IMG/VR virus record: IMGVR_UViG_3300008459_000051
Location: 1-57,875 of that record
Origin: a virus
Taxonomy: Duplodnaviria; Caudoviricetes
Strand: one strand, 5' to 3'
DNA length: 57,875 nt
The notes beneath the pieces are model-generated. The model saw only the letters and a list, made by a program, of their open reading frames with translations. It did no database searches and was not told the origin of the DNA. Shown piece after piece: positions 37,301-45,613 of this stretch. Each line of letters starts with the position of its first letter. The first letter of the stretch is position 1. A program made the translations under genes and the position numbers.

Positions 37301-39185
37301 TGACCTGAGCGCCCGAAAGCGTGAGAGCCGCAGCCGTCACGTTCTTGGAGGCATCAAGCTGGAGAGGCAGCGATGCCGTCAGCATCGGCAGGTTCACCGT
37401 GCCAAGCGTCTCGGTCAGCGGAGACAGCGTGACGGTGCCTGCAATCTTGGAGTTGGTAGTCGCCTGGAAGCTCAGGAAGTCATACACCACTGCCGCAGGC
37501 GCGATTCCGTTGATAGCGTAAACCGCTGCGGAAGTGTCAACTACCGTGAAAGTCGTGTACGTCAAGAACGCTGCCGCTCCTGCCGTGTTGTTGACAGTAA
37601 CGCCATGCGAGGTGTCCAGCGCACCGCTGTAGTTGGTCGTAATGCCTGAGTTAGAGGCAATCAGCTTGACGCCAGCCGATGCGCCCGTCGCATAGATGCC
37701 CGACCCTGCCGTTCGCGTATCGACCAAGCAGCGATCAATCCAGAGAGTCGCATCGTTGGCGACCACAACACCGTTTCCGGCGCTGCCGAGCGTAACGCCG
37801 CTGTTGTGCAGGAGCTGCGTATTGCCAAATCGAGCATCACCTCGATCAAGCTGCACGATGGCAGGGCCAGTCGTCTCGGTCGCCATGGTGCAGTCATTGG
37901 CAATAAGGCGCGGGCGCTGGACGTTAGTAGCATCACATGCGAAGGCGTTAGCCGTAGCCGCTGCGTTTATCGTGTAGAGATAGCAGTCATTGAAGATCAG
38001 CGAGTACAGCCCTGAGCCGGTTGCCTTGACTGCCGGCGCAGTGCTGCTGCTCTGAATGAACATCCCAGCGATGCCGACAAGGTGCGTGTACTTGGAGACC
38101 GCCGTAAACGGATTGACCGTAATCGCCCCAATGATCTTGGTGGCGAACATTTCGGCGCGGTGCCCCTGGCCTTGAATCAGGGTGTTGTAGCGCGTGAGCG
38201 TGATGTTGCCCGTGAACGAACCGGGGCCAACATCAATCATCACCATCTCGCCGCCCGTGTAGGCAAGCGCAGCCGTGTCATGGGCCTTCTGGATGGTGGC
38301 GTAAGGAGCAGAGATCGAGCCGTTGCCCGTGGTGTCGTTACCGTCGACAGCCACATAGTAGGTCTGGGCAACCTGCGTTGCCGCATCAACGAAGGCAGTC
38401 AGCCCGTTGCTGGCGATGTCAGTCAGCGCACCCGAGAGCTTGCTGGTGGCGATAGCCGCCGTCGCAGAGACCTCGGTGTCGGTGATGGCCGAGGCCGCGA
38501 TGGTCGGGTTGGGGTAGGTTCCCGCGAGCGAACCACCAGCCGATCCCGAGGGAATGCTGGAGGCGTCATCCCACTCAGGAAGCCCACCAGCACCAACAGT
38601 CAGAACCTGGCCAGCCGTGCCAGCGGCAGTTTCGGCATAGGCAGCGCCCGTGTCGTAGATCACCGCGCCAGCCGTAGCGGGCGCAGGATTCAACCGAACA
38701 TCATTACCTTCCGTGACCTTGCCAGAAGCATCTCCAAAGTCAACGGACAGCGTGCCGCTCAGGGTGATCGGACCACCCGTCAGACCCGTTCCCGAGTTGA
38801 CCTGCGTGACCGTACCAGATCCACCACCGCCGCCACCGCCATGGGTGTCGACGTAATACTTGGTGGCCACATCCTGAAGATCAATCGGATCAGCGGCGTT
38901 GATGATCCGCTGGCCGTTCATGTCAAGAGGGCCGCTCAGGCTTGCCAGAGCCTCCGCAATGGCCGATGCCGCCTCCGCACGGTCATGGCCATCGCTGGGC
39001 TGGGAGTCAGGAACCTGCGTGACGTTCACAAATCCCGACAGCTCTGGGATGATGCCAAGTGCCGCGATCACAACATGCGGCGGATCGTTCAGAACGACCG
39101 CATCACCAGGAGCCACGATGCCCGTATACGGCGGGGGCAGCGTGATGGGCGACTGGCAGTTATTGCGAAACAGGGACTTGGCCAT
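34332..39185 (-). CDS. large fibre protein (1617 aa)
   Basis: DVATKYYVD, YYVAVDGNDTTGNGSISAPYATIQKA beta-helix start, repeated LPxxNGGT fibre motifs, poly-Gly hinges. Confidence 0.85.
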   Translation of the reverse strand: MAKSLFRNNCQSPITLPPPYTGIVAPGDAVVLNDPPHVVIAALGIIPELSGFVNVTQVPDSQPSDGHDRAEAASAIAEALASLSGPLDMNGQRIINAADPIDLQDVATKYYVDTHGGGGGGGSGTVTQVNSGTGLTGGPITLSGTLSVDFGDASGKVTEGNDVRLNPAPATAGAVIYDTGAAYAETAAGTAGQVLTVGAGGLPEWDDASSIPSGSAGGSLAGTYPNPTIAASAITDTEVSATAAIATSKLSGALTDIASNGLTAFVDAATQVAQTYYVAVDGNDTTGNGSISAPYATIQKAHDTAALAYTGGEMVMIDVGPGSFTGNITLTRYNTLIQGQGHRAEMFATKIIGAITVNPFTAVSKYTHLVGIAGMFIQSSSTAPAVKATGSGLYSLIFNDCYLYTINAAATANAFACDATNVQRPRLIANDCTMATETTGPAIVQLDRGDARFGNTQLLHNSGVTLGSAGNGVVVANDATLWIDRCLVDTRTAGSGIYATGASAGVKLIASNSGITTNYSGALDTSHGVTVNNTAGAAAFLTYTTFTVVDTSAAVYAINGIAPAAVVYDFLSFQATTNSKIAGTVTLSPLTETLGTVNLPMLTASLPLQLDASKNVTAAALTLSGAQVTGTLPVGKGGTGIATTPPAGSVAYGNGTTQAYTTVGTSGQPLISAGAGTPAFGALSLAGSGVTGTLPAGNQAAQTMGGDVSGTTAAATVAKIQGRAVDSTAPTAGQVYAWSGSAWAPATISSGGGGGGGGGGLTYYMNYTTAGAAPLPAVGGKQLDLAYNTGAQVNTGAVTAPQSSYATLAEFVTDLNLPGATTIPPGNWDIAAYMMSSGPNSTYFRARVFKWDGTTLSELSSSPSDDVDISTASAFPALFTASVYIQQAVLTATDRIVIRLEITRTTAGARTVTGYFNGNTPSHVHTTLGAPGGTGLVKVVDGVVQAPASLIVNADVASNAAIAVSKLAGGTTSTVLHGGATPSFGAVALGSDVSGQLPVGNGGTGLSSGTSGGLPYFNSSSTMASSAALTANALMLGGGAGSAPSTLGSLGTSSTVLHGNASGAPTFGAVALGSDVSGSLPIANGGTNATATPTAGAVAYGTGTAYAFSAAGTSGYILTSGGVGAPVWTQLLPIANGGTNGTAVPTANGVAYGDGSKYVFTAAGTLDQVLKVGSSGAPEWGTNTAVPTGAASGDLSGNFPNPTVSKINGSTVPAGGALTTGNTLYVSGAGALSYGAVNLAGGSNYVSGILPIANGGTGSSTTPTGGQVFYGTSSGTYALLANGTAGQILRSAGGTSAPAWSTSIGAASSDVTIAGRDVGTATAVTVTGVSYAFTATTPVIRITSSPAGTTVLTSTPTIAIAGLSDGTRLTIVNESANIVTLQDDGTLVGSKVQLGGVTQRPLSQWQSIDLVYTGGFWVERAVGGSGVIQAVTASAPLASSGGASPNISLTGTVAVGNGGTGATSLTANAVLLGNATSAVQTVAPSTAGNILTSNGTTWASSPRAAIPYDVAGMVAAKPDAGATVFYFKATRAFTLSATSTAHVFTANTAATGSSVFTVYRNVGQVLTATFAASGTVATISAVANASVSIGDILTVVAPASQDATLADIYWTLSGSVA

Positions 39186-39229
39186 CGTAGTGAGCCTCTA
39201 GAATCAGCGGAGGATTGATACAGTCGAGA

Positions 39230-41179
39230 TTAGGCAGCCGTCACAGTCACGGTCGGGCCAACCTCGGCCTGGAGGACGATGTCATCTGCCGTGGCGAGCA
39301 TGCGGACCTTGACGATGACCACATAGATACCCTGAGCGTTCAGTTCCGGGGTATTCCCGCTCCGGGTGTCGATGCTGTAATCCTCGATGCGCTGGGCCGA
39401 AGGGTTGGTCGAGGAAAGCAGCGTCTCAAGGTACGCCACCGTCTCCGCATCAATGGAGTCCTTCAGCTGGCTCGACAGGGGCAGCTTGCTGAACTTCTCG
39501 TAGATCGCTGCCAGAGAGTCCTGCACCTCATCAGCCATCCGGCGGCGGTTAATGTTCCGCTGACCAGTGGTGGTCGAGGAGGTGATGCCCGACTGGAACA
39601 CCTTGCCTGCGGTACGGTCAAAGCGGATTGCCGCCACGCCGTACTGCTTGAACAGGATGTAGTCGGTCATCGTGAAGGCAGGCAGGTTGCCACGCTGGAA
39701 GTCCAGCACTCGCGCAAGGCAGGACGGGACCGGATCAGCTGCCTGACCGGGGTTCCGCTCGGCAGCCAGGTTCGACAGGATCGACGCCATGAAGATGTCG
39801 GCGCGCTGATCGATGATGCCGTCGGTGGTGTACCCGCCAGTGGCCGTCTTGATGCTGATGTTCTGCGCCTCATTCAGCTGGGTGCGAACTGCCGGCCAGC
39901 AGTAGATCACGCGCTCGTCGCGGGTTGCGCCGACGCCGGGAGCCGCATCACCCAGAATGGTGGGCTCCGAAACGGTGGTGACTGCGGGAGCAATCACTGC
40001 CATGCGGCCCCGGCCCTGTGCGGAGGCCGACAGGACGTGCTGCTTGAGGTAGCCACGGATCGCGGTCGAGGTGCGGGCTGCAACCATCACCGAGACATCG
40101 CGCATCGGAGCCGCGTCAGCCAGCATGGCGTCAATCGCCGTGGCGTACAGCGTCTCAATGCTGCCCGAGGTGACTGCGTTGGGCGCCTGCACTGCGCTGT
40201 AGCTCAGGCCGCTGGTCGGGTTGAATGCCATGTGAAGCCCGCTCAGAGGGCTCCATGCGGTAGCGGTGCCTGCGGCAGCTGCAACCAGCGGGGCAAACGG
40301 GGCAGTGCCCGAGGCGATAGCCTGCACAAGGTTCCGAGCCGGGATCAGGTAGCCTGCATCCTGCGAGAACGTGTGCGCTGCGCCCGTGTCGAAGGCGGCT
40401 GCCGGATGAATGCGCCAAGGCAGGCTGGAGGTAGAGGTCCAAGAGAGCGCCGAGCCGTCCAGAGCCTCAACGTCAATTGAAGTGGGCGAGCTAACTGCCA
40501 CAATGCGATAGGTGCCGGGGCTGCCCGAGCCGCCGATGGTGCCGAGAACAAGGGCATCGCCAACCTGAACGCCGCGATTGACGAAGTCGCCCGTGGCGCT
40601 CGTAAAGGTGCCGGTCGTGGTGGCGTAAACGCCATGCGATCCGTCGGTTCCGAAGGCGATCTGGCCTGCTGCTGTGAAAGTGGCAGCAGCCGCCAGCTTC
40701 ACGCGATCCGTGCCGCTCTTGAACTCGGTGCCGGCTGCAACCGTAGCTGCCTGCATCGGAACGATGGGCATAGCTGCTGCGGTGTTGGTGGGCAGCTCAC
40801 GATAGAGCCGCACGCCCTTGGATGACGCGAGGTTGATCGGGCAGACAATAAGGCGGCTGAAGGGCTTGCCGGCAATCATGGCGTAGCCGTTGCCGTCATC
40901 GCCTCCGAAGTCGCCCAAAGTGGCGTCAAAGCTGCCGACCTTGTTCACCATGTCGGTCGAGGAGATGATCTCCACCGGCTGGCACTTGGTGGTCACGTTG
41001 CCTGAGCCGTCAACGGACACGGCATAGGTCATGTCCGAGAACTCACCCACAACGCCAACAACGCCCGTACTGACACCTTCAATGGGGCCGGGGGTCGGCA
41101 GGTCAACAATGACCACGCCTTCGATCTGCGAGATAACAGCCGCGCTGGGCTGGCTGGTGAAGCGGCGAACAAATGCCAT
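39230..41179 (-). CDS. tail sheath protein
   Basis: IEGVSTGVVGVVGEF N-terminus, NINRRRMADEV C-terminal domain; 649 aa. Confidence 0.88.
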   Translation of the reverse strand: MAFVRRFTSQPSAAVISQIEGVVIVDLPTPGPIEGVSTGVVGVVGEFSDMTYAVSVDGSGNVTTKCQPVEIISSTDMVNKVGSFDATLGDFGGDDGNGYAMIAGKPFSRLIVCPINLASSKGVRLYRELPTNTAAAMPIVPMQAATVAAGTEFKSGTDRVKLAAAATFTAAGQIAFGTDGSHGVYATTTGTFTSATGDFVNRGVQVGDALVLGTIGGSGSPGTYRIVAVSSPTSIDVEALDGSALSWTSTSSLPWRIHPAAAFDTGAAHTFSQDAGYLIPARNLVQAIASGTAPFAPLVAAAAGTATAWSPLSGLHMAFNPTSGLSYSAVQAPNAVTSGSIETLYATAIDAMLADAAPMRDVSVMVAARTSTAIRGYLKQHVLSASAQGRGRMAVIAPAVTTVSEPTILGDAAPGVGATRDERVIYCWPAVRTQLNEAQNISIKTATGGYTTDGIIDQRADIFMASILSNLAAERNPGQAADPVPSCLARVLDFQRGNLPAFTMTDYILFKQYGVAAIRFDRTAGKVFQSGITSSTTTGQRNINRRRMADEVQDSLAAIYEKFSKLPLSSQLKDSIDAETVAYLETLLSSTNPSAQRIEDYSIDTRSGNTPELNAQGIYVVIVKVRMLATADDIVLQAEVGPTVTVTAA

Positions 41180-41191
41180 GGCGAAAGCCTC

Positions 41192-41911
41192 CTAGATGCT
41201 GGAAGGGATTACCACGTCTTGACCGATTGCGTCTAACCGGACGCGAGGGTAAGCCGTGGGGAACGAAAGAGTGCGGTAGGCCGTGATGGTTCCCCGCACA
41301 GTAAAGAGTGCGCGGCGGTACTTCGCCATCGCATCATCGCTGCTGTCAACATACTGGCTGCCCATCAACTCGTAGACTGCCGTAGCCGAGTGATAGAAGG
41401 GCAGAATCAGGCGCATCCCGTACATCCACTCGACGGGATTGAGCGCCTCCTCGACCATGGCCACGAGGTAGGAACGCTCCTTGGGGTCAGTGGCCCAGAC
41501 TTCCAGCGTCAGCTCCTGGCTGAACTCCGAGAAGGCCACCAGTCGCAAATCGTTGTCCAGCGTCTTGACGATAGACGGGACAAGGCTCCGGTCGTAGATG
41601 CCCGCATTCGCCCCAACGGCTGCGGCAGGGTAGGTGACCTGATTCTCAGGCTCTGCCCATGTCGTGTACGTCGTGAGCTGGAGCTTCCTGCCGCCGATCT
41701 CAATGCTCTGCTGGCCAATGTACTCAGCCAGCCCTCGAGCCATGGCGGTGTGCGTATCCGTCTCGCGGTAGCCCGTCAGCTGGTTGGCCGTATTCGGGTC
41801 ACGCACCAGCGTCGAGAGCGGGCGCGCCCCTGGCTTCAGCTGCACGCTATTGCGCGGAGGCTGAAGCGGGGCAGGAGCGGCAGCACCGCATGTCGGGCAG
41901 CATACGCTCAT
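41192..41911 (-). CDS. tail terminator/neck protein
   Basis: Synteny before sheath; YPAAAV and LTLEVWA strands. Confidence 0.6.
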   Translation of the reverse strand: MSVCCPTCGAAAPAPLQPPRNSVQLKPGARPLSTLVRDPNTANQLTGYRETDTHTAMARGLAEYIGQQSIEIGGRKLQLTTYTTWAEPENQVTYPAAAVGANAGIYDRSLVPSIVKTLDNDLRLVAFSEFSQELTLEVWATDPKERSYLVAMVEEALNPVEWMYGMRLILPFYHSATAVYELMGSQYVDSSDDAMAKYRRALFTVRGTITAYRTLSFPTAYPRVRLDAIGQDVVIPSSI

Positions 41912-42441
41912 GGAATCGCCAGTTTCTGGGCAGCGCGGCTTAATGCCTTGCCCATGGAGCCTTCCATAGCGTCAAGGAAGTCTTGTGTCGTGTTTTTACC
42001 GTGCAGAACGCCACGGGGGCGAAGTCCGCGCTTGGCAATCGCTCTAGCTATTGGCCAGGCGATCTTGCGTGCAGCTGCATAGGGCAGATTGAGCTTCTTG
42101 ACTGCCCAAAGCGCAATCGCGTCAACCGGAGGTGCGCGTCCCGGCTTGCGTCCGTAGTCGATGTACGGCGCATAGGCTCTAGTGTTACCCACTAGCACGC
42201 CTTTATTGCCGTTCAGCGTAGCGCGCTTGACCTGCCAAGCCTTCAAGTAGTTGCCGTAGTTGACGGCGCCGATGCCCCCATTAGGGCTTGCCGGAGGCGC
42301 ATTCCTAGTAGAAGACGTGACTATGACTTTTGCCCGAGTAACTACCTCGGTCAACCCGATGGGGGTCTCACGCCGCGTCAACACACCGTACTTCCGAAAG
42401 ACGCCCGCCAGCTTGTTGAATGGCACCGTAAGAGTTGCCAT
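41908..42441 (-). CDS. HK97 gp10-like tail completion protein
   Basis: VGNTRAYAPYIDYGRKPG, IARAIAKRG. Confidence 0.75.
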   Translation of the reverse strand: MATLTVPFNKLAGVFRKYGVLTRRETPIGLTEVVTRAKVIVTSSTRNAPPASPNGGIGAVNYGNYLKAWQVKRATLNGNKGVLVGNTRAYAPYIDYGRKPGRAPPVDAIALWAVKKLNLPYAAARKIAWPIARAIAKRGLRPRGVLHGKNTTQDFLDAMEGSMGKALSRAAQKLAIP

Positions 42442-42989
42442 TAGGGCGGACTCCCATCGTTCCGGCGGTCGCTATGCGAACGCTGGAGCGTGACGCGCCA
42501 CTGAAACCCGCTGGCATTATAGGTCGGCACGCTGGATGCGTAGAAGCGGCGTCGGGGCGCTCCATCGCTGACTGTGCCGGGGGTCGGAAACACGACCTCA
42601 AAGTAATACTGAACGTCAGGGTCCAGCGGGTTGCCATCTGAGTCGTTGCCAGTCAGGAAGCCTTCGGCGTATCGACCTGAGATCTCCGTGACTTGGCAAG
42701 CACCGATCTCGTCCAATCCCACAGGCTGCACGATGCGAGTCACGCCATCCAGCCCAAGAATCAAAGGGGTCGGTAGGATCGGCTCGTCAAAGACGACAAA
42801 CTCCTGGCCAACTCCGCGCTCGCCTCCGGTCCACTTGGTTCGCACCATGTGGACCTCATACGGACGCAGGCCGAACCGAGTGGCAAGGTCCCGTAGGCCA
42901 TCCACAGTAGAGATCAGCCTGCGCGCAAGAGTGCGCGACAGGTCCAGCCCGTTCAGCGTCGTATACCGAGGCGGGCTGCATGCGCTCAT
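42441..42989 (-). CDS. head closure/stopper-like protein
   Basis: Synteny and size only. Confidence 0.5.
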   Translation of the reverse strand: MSACSPPRYTTLNGLDLSRTLARRLISTVDGLRDLATRFGLRPYEVHMVRTKWTGGERGVGQEFVVFDEPILPTPLILGLDGVTRIVQPVGLDEIGACQVTEISGRYAEGFLTGNDSDGNPLDPDVQYYFEVVFPTPGTVSDGAPRRRFYASSVPTYNASGFQWRVTLQRSHSDRRNDGSPP

Positions 42990-42993
42990 GCAG

Positions 42994-43401
42994 TTACTCC
43001 ATCACCGGGATGGACCCTGCGAAGGCAGTACCCTGCCGATGAAAGCGCAAGCTGTAGCCATAGAGCGGCACGCCAAGGAGGTCTGCCAGCCTGTTGGCCC
43101 AGCGGCGGTATTCCTCTTCCAGTGCTGCCGTCTCATCGGGCCGCATGGTCAGGTTGTCCACGCTCTTGGCAGCCATTCGGTCCTGAGCATCGACCAGTCG
43201 GCACTCAATGCCGTCCAAGATGCCCAAGATGGAGCGCAGCTTGTCCTCCGCAGCCGGGAGGATCAGGTTCATAGCCGACTCAAGCAGGAACAGCGTCTGG
43301 AGCGGCTTGACCATGCCGTAGGACAAAGCAGCCGCACTCTGAACCGATGGGTACCCGGTGTGGTATCGCGTGCGCTGTTTTTCCTCGATGGTCAATGCCA
43401 C
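42994..43401 (-). CDS. head-tail adaptor-like protein
   Basis: Helical 135 aa shortly after capsid gene. Confidence 0.55.
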   Translation of the reverse strand: MALTIEEKQRTRYHTGYPSVQSAAALSYGMVKPLQTLFLLESAMNLILPAAEDKLRSILGILDGIECRLVDAQDRMAAKSVDNLTMRPDETAALEEEYRRWANRLADLLGVPLYGYSLRFHRQGTAFAGSIPVME

Positions 43402-43414
43402 GGCACACCTCTGC

Positions 43415-43720
43415 TTAGATCAGGGGCTCCAAGTACACGCCCTGCTCCAGAATACGCCGAACGCCCTCATGGCCATAGGAGCCGATGGAGACGATGGTGC
43501 CAGCCGGCAGCGTGGTGATCTGCCCAAACAGGCTCACGCGGCAGTCCTCAACCACGACCCACTTGGACGGGAGCACAACAGCGGCCTCTTCTTGCTCTTC
43601 CACGCTGCTAGGAAGCACCTCGGCCTCAACCAGCTGCGCCTCTTCGGGAGCGGCGAACTCTTCCACAGCCTCAATGGCTGCGGGGGCGTCCTGCTCAACC
43701 TCTTTGCGCTTGCGTGCCAT
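43415..43720 (-). CDS. hypothetical acidic protein
   Basis: 101 aa, AAGGA RBS. Confidence 0.7.
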   Translation of the reverse strand: MARKRKEVEQDAPAAIEAVEEFAAPEEAQLVEAEVLPSSVEEQEEAAVVLPSKWVVVEDCRVSLFGQITTLPAGTIVSIGSYGHEGVRRILEQGVYLEPLI

Positions 43721-43730
43721 GCTAAATCCT

Positions 43731-44152
43731 TAGCCCCTCTCAGGGGAAAAGCGGCGCGGGGCTGGTCATACAAGGGCGCTCAATTAACCAGGGTAGCTGA
43801 CCCCGTGACAGTAGTAGAGCTCCCAACAGACCAGCCCCGCAGACAAAGCTGATAGGACGGACGACGAGCCATAAAGGCGAGCGAGTCCTATCACCGCAGG
43901 GTGGGGCGATCCATGACGCAACAGCGTCAGGAGTTGCCCCGAAAGCCAGGCAGCAAAGGCCCGGCACAAACCGGCTGCATACAAAGGCCCACCACAGGTG
44001 AGCAGCAAGCCGGCATTCGGCCAAGGTGGCTCCCGAAGGAGCCGCACATAAACCCACATCGCGGGTGGCCGAAGCTGTGTTCCTATGAACCTGAGAGGCG
44101 CCCGCTTGTGGTTCAGGCAGGGCGCCTCTCAGTCTATCCGATCAAGGGGCTA
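43731..44152 (+). ncRNA. candidate structured non-coding RNA
   Basis: Consecutive stems of 8-13 bp with A-rich linkers; non-canonical pairs are G.U on + strand. Confidence 0.5.
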
Positions 44153-45559
44153 CTCGCCGCCCATCACAACCACGAACCGCTTAAAGCGTGCAGCGTCACC
44201 CGTGGTGGCGTCCGTGCGAACCGGCCAGTCACCGATGAACTTCCAGCTGGTCGAAACCAGATCCTGGAGGCGGTTCAGGGGCGAACGGAGGATCAGCTGG
44301 ATGCGGTCGGTGAAGACCTCAATGCTGTTGTTCGTCACGCGGGGCTCGCCAACCTTGCCGGTGATGCCAGCGTCGGTCATCAGGCCCGACAGATCCTGGT
44401 GGTACTCGTAGATACCGCCCTGACCGGTGAACAGTGCGCGGTGAACCTTGACGCCGGCAGTGGTGCCGTCGTTGTAGAGCTCGCCTGCGAACGGATCGTC
44501 CTGCGTGAAGGTGGCCGTGTCGCCGCCCTCGACGGTCTCGGGAACCGGGCACTCCGAGTTACGGAAGAACACGGTGTTGAGCAGCTCGCCCAGCGCAAAC
44601 TGACGGTACATGTAGTAGTCAGGCAGCGAGGTGAGCAGCTGGCGCCATTCCTGATCCGCGAACACCTGAGCCTGCGAGGTCGGGTCAAGGTGGCAGTGGA
44701 AGCGACCGTCAGCGTGTTCCGGCACGTTCTGCTGCCAGAAGCGAGCAACGGCAGCGCGAATGTCCGACAGCTTCAGGATGTCGTTGGAGCCGATGTCGTC
44801 AACGCTGTTGCCGCCACCGACGCGCACGACGTAGGAGCGGTCTGCGCTGTAGACGTAGCCACGATCCAGCACGGTCACTGCGCCACCCGTCAGGGTGATG
44901 GTGCCGGGGCCGGTCTCGTCGCCAGCAACGTCAGGCGAGAAACCGACAACCGAACGCACAACCGGAGCTGCGAGGCCGCTGTCGTAGATGGTCACGAGCA
45001 GGGGGTTGTTGGTCGAGACGTAGTCGAAACGAACCGGCGAGCCAGTTGCGAGATCCGGGCGGCGTGCGCGGGTGAAGCCGTTGAGGCGCTTCACGCGCAG
45101 GGTGGTCACGGCAGCCTGGTTGCCATCGGCAACGGTCCAGCCCGACTCAGCCGCGTTGTACATGCGGTCACGAACGATACGGTTCATGGCCTGACCGGCG
45201 CTCATACCCAGCTGGTGGGCGTTACGCAGGAACAGGTTGGCAATAGCCGTGATGCTCGTCGGCATGTGGGTGTCGATGCTGTCAGCGTACTGCTGAAGCG
45301 TCGCGGTCCACTGCTCGGCAGCGTAGGTCGAAGGAGCCGGATCAGATCCCGGCTGGAGCGGGCGCATCTTCGGGCGAACAAGGCCCGTGCCCGTGAAGAC
45401 CATGCTGTCACCGATGTTGGCAGGCCACACCTGGGGGGTCGCCTCGCCACGGAACAGCAGCCGGGGGAACAGAGCGTCGTGGAACGCACGCTCAAGGATG
45501 TTTTCCTGCACAAGCGCCCGGATCTCGGGCGTCTGGAGGATCGTGGAAAAATCTGCCAT
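44150..45559 (-). CDS. major capsid protein
   Basis: 469 aa, after scaffold, strong codon bias, LQQYADSID E-loop-like segment. Confidence 0.85.
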   Translation of the reverse strand: MADFSTILQTPEIRALVQENILERAFHDALFPRLLFRGEATPQVWPANIGDSMVFTGTGLVRPKMRPLQPGSDPAPSTYAAEQWTATLQQYADSIDTHMPTSITAIANLFLRNAHQLGMSAGQAMNRIVRDRMYNAAESGWTVADGNQAAVTTLRVKRLNGFTRARRPDLATGSPVRFDYVSTNNPLLVTIYDSGLAAPVVRSVVGFSPDVAGDETGPGTITLTGGAVTVLDRGYVYSADRSYVVRVGGGNSVDDIGSNDILKLSDIRAAVARFWQQNVPEHADGRFHCHLDPTSQAQVFADQEWRQLLTSLPDYYMYRQFALGELLNTVFFRNSECPVPETVEGGDTATFTQDDPFAGELYNDGTTAGVKVHRALFTGQGGIYEYHQDLSGLMTDAGITGKVGEPRVTNNSIEVFTDRIQLILRSPLNRLQDLVSTSWKFIGDWPVRTDATTGDAARFKRFVVVMGGE

Positions 45560-45613
45560 CAGTCATCTCCGTTCAAGTTGGGCGCATCATGCAGCCAACC
45601 GCGTTTTCAGTCA

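Noticed and set aside
26966-39185. Diversity-generating retroelement or invertible fibre cassette
   Set aside because: No reverse transcriptase, invertase or adenine-specific template/variable repeat pair was seen in this window
43756-43790. tmRNA (GGGGCTG start)
   Set aside because: No GGATTCGAC-like motif, T-loop/CCA end or tag reading frame recognised
43784-44059. Short minus ORFs in the post-capsid gap
   Set aside because: No convincing RBS, atypical composition; dense base-pairing explains the region better, though coding is not excluded
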